Positions 12,486 to 24,003 of a DNA stretch of 64,000 nt are shown piece after piece. The notes under the pieces were generated by a model, which was not told the origin of the DNA, did not search any database, and saw only the letters and a program-made list of their open reading frames with translations. Position 1 is the first letter of the stretch; the number at the start of each line of letters is the position of its first letter. Made by a program: the position numbers and the translations under genes. Source of the DNA: Euglena gracilis. Taxonomy: Eukaryota. The DNA lies in assembly GCA_039621445.1 (NCBI GenBank), contig CP154954.1:41781572-41845571 (forward strand), given 5' to 3'.

Positions 12486-13815
12486 TGCTTCTTCCACGTT
12501 TCTACTGAAATTTCTCTAACATAATTCTAAACGCCGTGACAAATTGGTCACCTGAGGCTCCGGGAATTCCCCCAGAGGCTGGTGACCCTTCCTGGAGCAT
12601 CCCGGAGCCTCTATCCAGGTAACCTCCTCGGCAGGATTCCATTTTTGCGGCAGACCCGGGTTATCCAGCCATTCCTCTCATTGTGAGTAAACCCCCCAAA
12701 TAACACCCCCCCCCCGGTGTGTTATTTGGGCACCCGAACTGGGGGTCCAAGGAGGGGTGTGTTATTTGGGGGGGGGGGTTATTTTTACAGGGAAACCCAA
12801 AGGAAAACAGGGGGGGGGTGTTATTTGTGCGCTCGAAATCGGCCCTCGAGGGGGGGGGGGTTATTTGGGGGGGTTTAGTCCCCCCAAGGGAAATTATCGC
12901 CATTGAACGAACTCAGCATTGATCAAAGCCTGGAAACTACATTTAAATATCAAACCTGTCATTCAATGGTTTCATTTTATTCTCAGATGGAGAAGATGGG
13001 AGCATTCACTGGTTGTTTTATGGGCAACAGCGACGATTCGAACCGGATGCTTCTGCGAAATTCACATTGCATTGGACAGGCATTATGCCATTCTTTTTGC
13101 GAAGTGAGTTCCTGCTGTCCAAATCTGCAAGGACGTGTCTCTCACAGACAACAAACAAACAAACACAACCAGCCACAAGAGATTTCTGTTTCATTTCTTT
13201 CTTCTGCTTCTTTTTTGAAAGTGGAATGTGCCACCCGACTTTCCCAGGTTTTGAGAAAAGGAGGGAGTCACGGCTTTGGATGAGGGGTTCGGACGATACC
13301 AGTGCGTCTGACCCTGGGTGATTGACTGGTGTTTTTTGTGGTCACTCTGCTGGTAGGTGGGGGTTGACCCCCACCTGGGTGATGGGTCAACCTCCTCCCC
13401 CACACAGCTTTCCCAACAGCCCTGTCCTGGGGGAAGGACAGAAAGGAAGGGGCGAAAGTGGTGAACCGGTGCCAAAGGCGCTGGGATTTTCTTTGGGACA
13501 GATTCATCTAACACCCATGACCCCCCCCACCGGGGGTGGGTGGGCTTTTGAGAGTGGGGGGGTTTCGGGTTTCTTTTTAGGTCAGAAGACCCGGGGGGGG
13601 GGAGGGGTCCCTGGCCACTCACCACGCAGCAAACTGGGCCAGAAGCGAAGTTAGCGCCGGCCATAAACAGACAAGAAGCCTTAGTGCAACTAAGGGGGGG
13701 GGGGAGGGGTCCGGGTCCGGGCCAGAGGTCCAAGTATGGTTTTTGGCGCAAAGCGCCGAAAATTTTCTGGGGAAGTGCCCAAATGGAGGGGGGTCCTCCA
13801 TGGGAAACCTGGGAC

Positions 13816-14370
13816 CAGGGTTCGATATATGGTTCCCCCACCCCCCCCTCCTGGACTGGAATGGGGTTCCCCCCACCTGCAGGGAATTTCTTAAAGACCC
13901 CCCGGGAGGGTCCAGCCTATCCATCAAAATGTCGAGAAGGCAAAAATGGTTTAGAAAATTTTGTTTTTCATCGACCCAGCCCAGCCCCCCCCCCCAGCCC
14001 CGGACCGCGTTTCCAGCCAGCAGCCTTTTTGCCAGCCGGTGGAGTTGGATCAAGGCTGGGGGGCTGTGATGGAGGAAGCTGTGATGAGGGGAAGAAATGC
14101 AGGGATAGGTGAGCTGGGCAGCCCAGTTGGCTCGCCAGCCTGCAGCCGGCTGGCCCGGCCTCCGAGTAAAATAAAGTTGTGTCCAGCCCGGCCTCCAGCT
14201 GGGCTGGACCCAATTTTATTTCACTCGACCCCCGGGGGGGGGGCTCCCAGTCGGAGTTTGGGCTGCTGGCTGGATTTGAGCTGCTGGCTGGCTGGACCCC
14301 CCCCCTCCGGGGATAGGGTACCCTCCGGCTTAAGAAATTCCCTGCCCACCTGCCTTTGCTTTGAACCCTG
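13816..14370. mobile_element. hAT-type MITE (555 bp), 8-bp TSD
   Basis: Termini cagggttcga / ttgaaccctg; flanks cctgggac (13808-13815) and cctggcac (14371-14378), 7/8 identical. Confidence 0.75.
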
Positions 14371-17300
14371 CCTGGCACCCCCCAAGAAAGTTCTTTTTGA
14401 TGCAGTGTGCCAAACATTTTGAGCAATGTGGCAAATTTCTTTTTCAAAATGTGCCCGAAATTGCATTTTGGGTCAATATTGTGCAAAAAGTTTGGGCCAT
14501 GCCACTGTTTTGGTTGGGGGTGGCAGGGTTTGGCGTAAGGAGTAAGGCAAAATTCTTAAGGTTTTTATGGTGTTTTTAAAGGTTTTTTTGAAGGGGTTTT
14601 TAGACATTTCAAAAAATTTAAGTACTTTTATGGCGTCTATTTTCCAAGGGCGGCCAAAGAGCCATCCAGGCATTGAACCAATGTTGGTCCTTTTTGAGTT
14701 TTTGGGGGGATAGACAGTGTTTCAGCGGTGCAGAAATCCTTGATTGTTTTTGCCGAGATTTTTCAAGTTCTTTTTTTGCTCAAAATTCGAACGTTTGTCG
14801 TGGACGAATTATTTTATGGTTTTTTAAATTTTTAAGGCCTTTTGGTCAAATTTTTTTTGAGGGTTTTTGAGGGTTTTTGATGGCGCCTTAAAAATAATGC
14901 CTGCCTCCCACCTGCCAAGGGGAATCCTCGGAAGACACCCCCCAGGGGGGCAGAACGGGAATTGGCCACCCCCCCCCCCCACCAGGCCACCATACCGGGC
15001 AAGAGGCCCAGGTTCGGGTTTCCCATCGGCGCGAAGCGCTGGAAAGTTTTTGGTAAATGCCTTTGAACGGCCCGATTTTGGGAGGGGGATCCTGTCTTAA
15101 AAAGAAAAGAAAAGAGGTCTTAAAAACAAAGCCTGGTCCGGCTCGACCCGGGACCGGTTGGGGGTCACCAGGACTCTCCAAAGGGCAGAGCCTCCTCTGT
15201 GCTTGCTCATCCAGAAAATGTTTTGATAAAATTCACAATTTTTTTTTGGGATTTTCAGCTTGTTATTACACAAAGTGAAACCCGTGGAGGCCTGGCGCTT
15301 CACACAAGTCCAAAAAATCGGTCATCTGATGTTTGGCTGAGGGGGGGGGGTGTCCGGGAACCCCGATAGAACCAAATTTTTTTCTTCCCCAGCGCTTTGT
15401 GCTGACAGACTTATGTTTTTATTATCTGTTTTGTCAATTTGGAGAAAAGGCCACCTGGAAAGGCAATTCTGAGCACTTGTTGAAGCCCCTCAAAATATTT
15501 TTTTCCAGCGCTTTGAGCTTTTTTTTTTCACCCAGGGGGCTGGGGGAGGTCGGCCCCCCCCCCAGATCCAGGACCACCCCCCTCCCCCTCCCCCTTACCC
15601 TGCAGGTGTCCCGGACCTGTCTTCCTTCCCCCAACCGGGCTTAATTTTAAGGCGTGGCCACCCGGGGGGGTTCCTGGCAGGGGTTTTTTTTTTAAGCAGG
15701 AGGGGACCCCACCCCCGGGTTCGCCGGGCTGGACCGAAAAAAATTTCGGCGCAAAGCGCCGAAAATTTTGGAAAGAAAGGGGCCAAAAATGACCAAAAAT
15801 GCCCCCAGGGGGGGGGGGGCAGCCAGCATCTTTTTTTCCAGTTGGCACCTTTTTCCAGCTGGCCCGAGGGATTCCCCCCCTGGCACCTTAAGAAAATCTC
15901 TGGTTTTTGGGCAGGCACTCCAAGGCACCAAGGCACCAAGATCTGGCCCCCGGGGGAGGCCACATAGCAAAGTCGGCCCAGGCACTTCCGGTGCCGAAGG
16001 TGCTGGAAGCCCAGAAATGGCACGTATGTGTATTTAGGCATTTGAAGCAATGCCACCTGTGATGACCAGAGGTGTTTCCTGCTGCAAAATCAAAAGATTC
16101 TACAATTGGGGCCCAATTTTTCTGCAAATGCAATTTCTTGGCCAAAAAGTCCCAAAATAACAAAAAAAATCAAAATTGTTTGATCTTTTGGCCAATGAAT
16201 AAATAAATTGAATGTTTTTGAATGAGCACGTTCCAAAAATTCATCCAAAAATACATCAAATCATGATCAAAACGTTGAAAATTCGTATTTTTTTCCTCGC
16301 AAAATTGGGTGCAAAATGCATGCAAATTTTTTTGTTGTTTTGTGCATTTTTTTCCACAAGAAAGGACAAATGCATTTCAAAAAAAAACACCATATCGAAA
16401 CATGCACATATGTTGCATAAACTGTAATGCTGCATGTTGAGAAAAAATCGCTGGAGTTTTTTTTTTGGAAGTCTTGCACATCCCAGCATTTCCTGAAGGA
16501 ATTCACATTGCGCGGCTTTGTGTTTATTTGCGAATTTGCATTTACGCTTTTTTTTGTTTTTTTGCGTCGCATTTTTCTTGGGTCTACGTTGTCCCTCCCC
16601 CCTGCTCTGAGCGATATTCAAATCTTCCTGAAACTGTAGATGATATAGAGTGCCGGAAAATCAATACAAATCATTTGTTGTGGAAAAAAGGTTAAATAAA
16701 TGCCCAAAAGGGCCCAACCCAGACAATTCTTCGCAGTCTGAAAGAGTCACGGAAAATCATTAATGACAATCAGGAATGAATCAGAATGTCATTCCAAGGT
16801 GTTGCAGGAAAGCATTTCTCTCCATAAACTCCAAACTAATTTGAGTTGTACAATACAAGTGAAGCACTGTCTTCTGCTGCATGTCTCTTTTGGCAATATT
16901 GAATGTTTTTCTGGGTTTGATAGGAGGACAGCAAGTGGCTTGGTTTTTTTTTTAATTCACGATTGAGGTGACCCATCGTTGCCTGCCAAGAGCAAAGACA
17001 GTCACTGTGTCTAAAGAGAGTCGTTGTGTCTAAATTTGATGGCAGTTGTGGAAGATCCCCTCCGGCCCTGAATTCTCATTTTGCACGTGACAAAAATGGT
17101 GATTCAGGGCTCAGTGCAGGGCAGCTTGGCCAAAGTAGTTGTTATGGGCAACAGCTTTTGATGGTCTGCACCATGCTGTGGAGAAGCACGGCTGTACGGG
17201 AATCCCCAACCCTGTCAGTGGTGGGTGAGGGGATTGTCCCACCACCATCCTGCTGGGTAGAGGAGGGCACCCCCCCCCCCCCCGCCAGACCTTCCCGTAA

Positions 17301-18235
17301 ACCCCCCCGCAAAATAAGACCCGGGTCTTATTTTTTGGGTCCGTTGCTGGAAACCTCCAGGGGGGGTCTTACTCTGGGGGGGGTCTTATTATTGGATTTT
17401 TTCTTGACCGACCAGGGCCTGAAAAAACAGCATTTTTCAGGTTCCCAAAAATATTAAATTTTTTTCTTTTGGCGTTTCGCGCCATGTGCAAATTGGCGTA
17501 AGTTGACATTTAGCATGTTTTCACCGTCTTCGGCGCTTCGCGCCGTCAGGGGGGGTCTTATTTTTGGATTTTTGCTCGATCGGCCCAGGGGGGTCTTATT
17601 TTGGGGGGGGGTTATTTACTTTTGGCGTCGAAGGAATTTTTCCTCGTGGTGCGTGAGGGGGTCAATCCCCTCACCAGGCTTTTCTGCACAGCCCTGTGGA
17701 CAAGTGCCCCCCATTTGTATTTTTAAAATTGTTTGTCGTTCATCCTGGCTTTGGTTTGTTGGCAATTTTGGTTGTGTTTTCAGGCAGTGCCAGGGGGAAA
17801 GATTTTTTTTCGTGACCCCGGGGGGGTGTCCGAACTGAGTTTTCTTCTGTTTTCAATGCTTGAAATTTTTGACCCAAAAATGGACTTGGGGTGGGTGGGT
17901 CGGTCCAGACCATACCATTGCTGAACACCTGTCCCACCCCACCCCGGGGGGGGGTGACTGATTGGTTTTTTCACAGTGATTGACTGGTTTTCTGGCCAAG
18001 ACCCCCCTCCCCCCGGCCGGGGGTGGGGTAGGCGTGAAAATGAAAAGTGGCTGGCCTGGAGCCGAAGGCGCGGGAAAATTTTTGGATTTTTTGAGACTTT
18101 TTGGCAAACGTTCATTGCGCATTCAAGAGTGGCCGATCCCTCCGGGGGGGGGGGGGGGCTAAAGTGATTGACTGGTTTTTTTTGGGAAAAAGTGGCTGAA
18201 TGGTTTTTTCGGAGTAGAAAGTGACCCCCCCCCCT

Positions 18236-18645
18236 CAGGCATTTGCTTAAGGGATTGCAGTACCCCCCCCCCAGGGGGGCTGGACTGCAGATCCAAATTT
18301 AGCTAATGGGATTTCTAGCAGCCCCCCGGGGTCTGCTAGCAGGGCTAGCTAGTGGAAATTTTTTTTCCAGTGACCGGAGCGAAGCGCCGAAAAGTTTTTT
18401 GGGACCCCCAAAAATGGCCCCAAATGCCTGTTTTTGGCCATTTTTGGGAATTTTTGGAACAAAATCAGCCAAAAACCTATTAAAAACCTCATTTTTCCTC
18501 CGGCGCACAGCGCCGGAGGGAATTTTTTTTTCCAGTTTGGGGGACCCCCCCCCCTGGGGGGTTCTAGCTAGTCCATTTTTTTCCAGTGTCTAGCCAATTG
18601 GCTAGCCAGCCCCCCCCCCCCCCCGGGTCCTTAAGCAAATGCCTG
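18236..18645. mobile_element. CAG...CTG MITE (410 bp)
   Basis: TIRs caggcatttgcttaagg / ccttaagcaaatgcctg; both flanks are poly-C+T, so TSD length (8 or 9) is ambiguous. Confidence 0.75.
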
Positions 18646-20137
18646 CCCCCCCCTCCCCCCGGCGGTCGCTAAGCAATGGTATGGTCCGGACCCCCCCCCC
18701 CTGGGTCCTAAAAAAAACTTCTGCGGGAGAGGGGGATTTGCTTGGCCTGGTTTTGTGGGGGGTGCAAGACGCTGCAATGTTCCAAGGGTGTGACATTTTG
18801 ATCCAGGGGGTGTGTCAGCAACACATTTCGAAAAATGCATCTAATTTTCATTGCAATTGGCGGAATGTGCAGCTGACATGGACCTTGGACCAATGGGGGG
18901 GAGAAGCAATTCCCCCCATCCAAGGTGCATTATGTCGTTGACCCCCCTCCTCATCCCATGGCATTTTTTCTGAATTACTGTGATTTTGGGACCACTTCAT
19001 TGTCGACACCCTTTGGTCAGGGGGGGATTTCATCCTAAACCCCCTTTTTGTTGAGGTGTGTTGGCATATGCTGCCCTGGCGTTTGCCCGGAAGGGCTGAA
19101 CTGCTTGCTGCACGCCATTGTTGTTTGGGGATTGACCTGTCAGCTTCAACCAAGTGTTCGGACGAACTCCGGAAACTGCGCAGGTGGTCTGTGGATGACA
19201 TGAAAGTACCTCAGAAAAAGTAAGGTTTTTCATTTATGTTTTTTTTGCAGGCTTTTGTTTTATTTGCTGGACGCAGAAAAAAGCTATAAAAAAGGGACTA
19301 GCTAGATCCCTCCCCAGGGCCTGACTGCAAAAGAAAAACTTCCTTCGGTGCTGTGTGCCAAGGTGGAAATGAGGGTTTAAAAGCGAGCCCCCACCATTGC
19401 TCAGCGAGCCTGGGGGGGAGCAGGGGGGGGGTCACTTTTCACTCTGAAAAAACCAGTCAGTCACTTTTTCCCATAAAAGCCAGTCAGTCATTTTACCCCC
19501 CCCCCCCCGGGGGGATCGGCCACTCTGGAATGATGAGGAGGCAATGAACATTTGCCAAAAAGTCTCAAAAAATCCAAAAAAATTCCGGCGCCGGCTCAAA
19601 GCGCCGGGCCGAAAATCAGTTGCCGCTGTTCCCCAAAATTGTTCAGGTGGGGTGGAGGTCCCCCCCACCCCCCCCTTCTGGACTGGAGGGTTCCAGACCC
19701 CCCACCTGCCCTTATATCGAAGCCTGGTCCGGACCCCCCTTGATGTTTGGGGGGGGGGTGGAACCCCTTCCTTCCCAAAAACAACAGCAATAAAAATCCC
19801 CTTTTCTTCACTTTTGAGCATATTCGACTTTGATGTTTTGGTGTTTTCCAATAAAATGAGTTGAAAATATTCAAAAAATGAGCATTTTGGCTAATTTTCG
19901 AAAAATCAGGGATTTTCCAACAATTTGGTCTGGCATTCAGGCTTTTGCCGGTCCATAAGTCCGAAAATTTTCCCGGCCCCCCTTCAGTTTCAAGGTAGGA
20001 GCCCCCCCCCCCCCAAGGTTTCCCATGCATCCCTGCACCCGGGGGTGTTCAAAGGCGGCCGGGCCCCGGCCCCGGGGGGGGGGGGGGTCTAGCTGCTCCA
20101 TTTTTTTTCGGTGTCTAGCAAAATTGGACCTCTGGGG

Positions 20138-20537
20138 CAGGGTTTGATATAAGGAGGGCGTACATGGTTTAGGTGAGGGGGTGTCCCCCCCACCACCCCC
20201 CCCCCTCCTGGCCCGCAGGGGGGGTCCGGACGACCCCCCCCCCACCTGCCAGGGGGGGCCGGACCGACCCCGGGGGGGGGGGTTCCCGGGACCCCCCCCC
20301 AAAAAGGGTCAATTTTTTCCTCCGGCGCTTTGCGCCGAATTTTTTTTTTTCATTTTTTGCACATTTTTGCCCAAAAAGTGCCCAAAATGGCACTTTTGGT
20401 CGTTTTGGGGTGTCAAAAATTTTCGGCCCGGCCCTTTGCCCCGGGCTGAAATTCGGTCACCCAGACCGCGCCCCTTTTCGGGGGGGGGGGGGGGTCCGGA
20501 CCACCCCCCCCCCCACCTGTCCTTATATCGAACCCTG
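20138..20537. mobile_element. hAT-type MITE (400 bp), perfect 8-bp TSD
   Basis: TIRs cagggtttgatataagg / ccttatatcgaaccctg; CTCTGGGG at 20130-20137 and 20538-20545. Related sequence at ~6230-6427 and ~25150-25280. Confidence 0.88.
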
Positions 20538-21342
20538 CTCTGGGGTCTTTCAGCAACAGCCTGTTTACAAGACCCCTGACCAGGAGTGTGGGTTTAAGAA
20601 ATTTAAAGTGCCGACCATTTTCAAAAAAAAAAAAAGGAAGTGGCCCAGGAATATGAGCAGGGGGAGGAACATTCAGATTTGTAGAATTTGCATCTTGTTG
20701 CAAAATGTTGTAATCGGCATTCTTTTGGAGAATAAAATATTATTTTTTGTATTTTTTGCAAAGTTCGAATGACTTGGGCTATTCATCCAAGTTCAGGGCT
20801 GGGAGGTTATTGCTCGGAAAAAGTTTTTTGGGTATTTGAGGGCAAAAAATCGCATTGTATTTGTCTTTAACAGATTGGATAAAATGTCGAAACTTTTCTT
20901 CCGGCACTGAAAATACCCCCCCCCTCATTTTCAAGTATGTTGCCAATTTTATGATGTTTGGGTATTTTCCACAAAAACAAACGCAAATACACAAATTCAC
21001 TTTTTTTCAGTGCCCAACTCTGGAAAGCCAAAAACCTTGTCCATGAAGGTCAGAAACTTGTCCAAGAATCCTTTCTTTTGGAGTTGTTATGGCCAGGGGG
21101 GGTTGTATTCTGATTTCCCAGTTTGTCAAAAAGTTTAAGTCTGTACCTTTTGGCGCGTCATTTTGATTTATTTTTATTCATATTTGTTTTGTTTTGTTTT
21201 TTTTGTATATTTTGAAAAAGTATGCAAGAAACTCTAAACTCTTTTGCATCTTTTTTAAAGAGGGAAACAAACAAAACCCAGAGTTTAAGAAAGCGTCAAT
21301 AATGATGAAAAAGGAGGCTGTTATTTCATGTCCTGTCCAACC

Positions 21343-21627
21343 CAGGCTGTGCCGACCCCACCCCGGGGGGGGGGGGTGCCTGCCTGGGCAGGCACTCCAA
21401 GGCACTCCTGATCCGACCCCCCCCCGGGGGGCACACGGCCAAAAGTGCCCCAGCACAGACCCCGGCGCCTTTGGCGCCGGGGAGCCAAAAAAATGGCCTA
21501 TTTTCAAAGGAATATGCCTGGGCACAGGCCGAAATCTGACCACGGGGGGGGGGGGGAGTGCCTGCCTGGGCGGGCACCCCAAGGCACTCCGGACTCCCCC
21601 CCCCGGGGTTGGTAAAAAAACAGCCTG
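21343..21627. mobile_element. hAT-type MITE (285 bp), 8-bp TSD
   Basis: Termini caggctgt / acagcctg; flanks gtccaacc and gtccgacc, 7/8 identical. Confidence 0.72.
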
Positions 21628-23174
21628 GTCCGACCTGGTGGGGGCATTTCTCAAGGGGCCCCCTTTGTAGGGTCGATATTAGAAGGATGTGCGGGGTGGA
21701 AGAAGGGTATCCCCCCACCTGCTTTTGCATCGAACCCTGAGGCACCACATAGGGGGTGCACTCAAATAAAGGCCAGCTCAGCCCGGCTTTGTCGAGACAA
21801 CAGGCTTGGTGAAGGTTTTTTTTGCCAAAGAGTGGTGTTTCTGAGGGGGTTTCAAGGTTCTCTGAAAATCCCCCTAAGTGTAGGTGCACCAAAATCCAGC
21901 TGGGTTGGGGACCCAACCCAGCTGGATTTGGGTGCACCCCCACCTCCGAGGGTTTGATGTAAGGAGAGTGTGCACGGCGTTCACCCCCCAGGGGAGGGGT
22001 GAACATTTGGAATCCCCACAGGGCAAGAATTTTCCTTCGGACATTCCACGCCGAATTTCTTGCAGCAATTTTCCGAGTGTCTTTTTGCCCCAAAGGTGCC
22101 CAATTGCATTTTGGAAAAGTTGAACCCCGAAGTCCACAAAGTTGCAGGATTCCATTCAGGGCAGATGGGAAGTGGTCCGGCCTGGACGCCCAGCCCTCCC
22201 CCAACACCCAGGAACCATTTTTGAAGGCGAAACTCTTCAAGGTTTTCTAAGGATTTTTCAGGCACATAATTTTAAGGCGTAATTTTCCAAGTTTGTCTCC
22301 TTTATGTTCTTTGTCAATGCTGGAGTTTTGTTGGGAGTTTGGGCTAACGGGAGCGCAGAGACAAGTTTTTTTTGGCCTTGAGACCAGGCCTCTGTTTAAG
22401 GGCTCGAAGGGGTCTAGCTTGTGGGTGGTCTGTTAGGCTTCGAAGCCTGATTGGGACAAATAATTTGGGCTTATGGTGTCTTGGTTTTGGGTGTTTTGGG
22501 TGGGTGTGGTCAATTTATGTGAACTGGTTTCACCATTTCCGAGGACAGTTGGTGTCATGGTGATTGGAGCTGTCACTGCTCGTGAAATACTGTTTGTTGA
22601 GGCCAGGCTTCCTCTTCATCAATCATAAGGCATGGAATATTTCAGTCCATTGTTGCAATTTCAAAAATTGCGTTGCAAAAATCATCACCAAACCGATCTT
22701 TTGTGCGCTTTGCAGAATTCCAATTTGATTTGATTTGTTTTGCAAGTGCATTCCAAAAGTCCAAAACAGAAAGCATTTCATTGGCTTCACGAATAAAGTC
22801 AGTGGAGAAATTGAAATCTGCAATTTTCCTGCAATTTCCCGCAATTCCGCAATTTTTCCGCATGAATCTGAGATGGAAGATGAAATGAGTTCCGGCATTT
22901 CTTGAACGTTTCACAAGGGAACCCAGGTGCTTTTTTTTGTTATTTTGTTGCAAATTTGCCAAAATTTGCCAAAATTCACAAATTTTGAACAATATTGGCA
23001 ATTTCTGTGCCCTTTTTAGGATTTTCCCTAATTTTTGCTGGAAATAATTTCGACTTAAATTTTTTTGCATCCTGGACCAGATTTTACCTCAGACCAAAGA
23101 TTTCGGCAATTTTTTTTTGCCAATTTTGGATTTTTCACCCAAGAAATTTTGCATTTCCAGATCCATGCATGATC

Positions 23175-24003
23175 CAGGGTTTTTCACCGGTTCGTGCCAC
23201 GAACAATCACGAACAATCACGAACCAGCACGAACTTGAGATTTTGGCAAAATCACGAACAATCACGAACCATCACGAACAATCACGAACCTGATTTTTTT
23301 TGGTCACCCTTGCAGAAATGTCTTCTTCTGAGAATGACGGTGTTGTTCAATCAACCAAACAGAAAAGATAATGGAAGAGAGGTGGAAAAATGACTCCTCA
23401 AAAGCGTGCCGCCCAAGTGTCATACCTATCTTGTTTTTATTTCCCCCCTTTTGGCACGTTTTCCAGTTTGGTGGAGTGATGGAAGTGAGAGGTTTGGAAA
23501 TGTGGTGCAGTGTTTGCCATGTTTCAGTGCACTGGGCTGAGAACACACATGCAAAGCAACATATTTCATTGTCAACTCACAAGGACAACCTCTTTCGCAA
23601 ACCAAAGATTGTGGAAACACCTGGTCTGAATTGATGAATGCACCCAAAGGGGCCCAGGCACAGGAAGGGGGGGGGGTCCCGCGGGACCCCCTGTCGAGTT
23701 CCGAACTCAACCAGACAAGGGGGGAAGGGGGGTTTGGGACCCGAACTCGACTGCCTCCAAACGTGGTGGTTTTTTGTTTTTCAATACATATTTTTGTATT
23801 TTTGCTTTCCCCATTAACCTAAATATTTAGATTAAAAGAGACACAAGAAGCCAAAGTACAAGAGGAAACACCAATTTCGCCGAGGAAAACAGAAAACCGG
23901 GCGGTTTTTTGGAAGCACGAACAATCACGAACAATCACGAACAATCACGAAGAATCACGAACTGGATTTCAGGCTTCCTAGCACGAACCGGTGGTAAACC
24001 CTG
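23175..24003 (+). mobile_element. Internally deleted TIR DNA transposon retaining a zinc-finger relic
   Basis: TIRs cagggtttttcaccggttcgtg / cacgaaccggtggtaaaccctg; catgatc duplicated outside them; cacgaacaat subterminal repeats; internal ORF has WCSVCHVSV...AKQHISLSTH. Confidence 0.75.

Noticed and set aside
17115-17220. Possible exon LAKVVVMGNSF (weakly SRR1-like)
   Set aside because: Short, followed by a stop, with no partner exons or clear splice sites.
19055-19100. GVLAYAALAFARK as the psaD presequence membrane anchor
   Set aside because: Immediate in-frame stop and no donor of either intron type.
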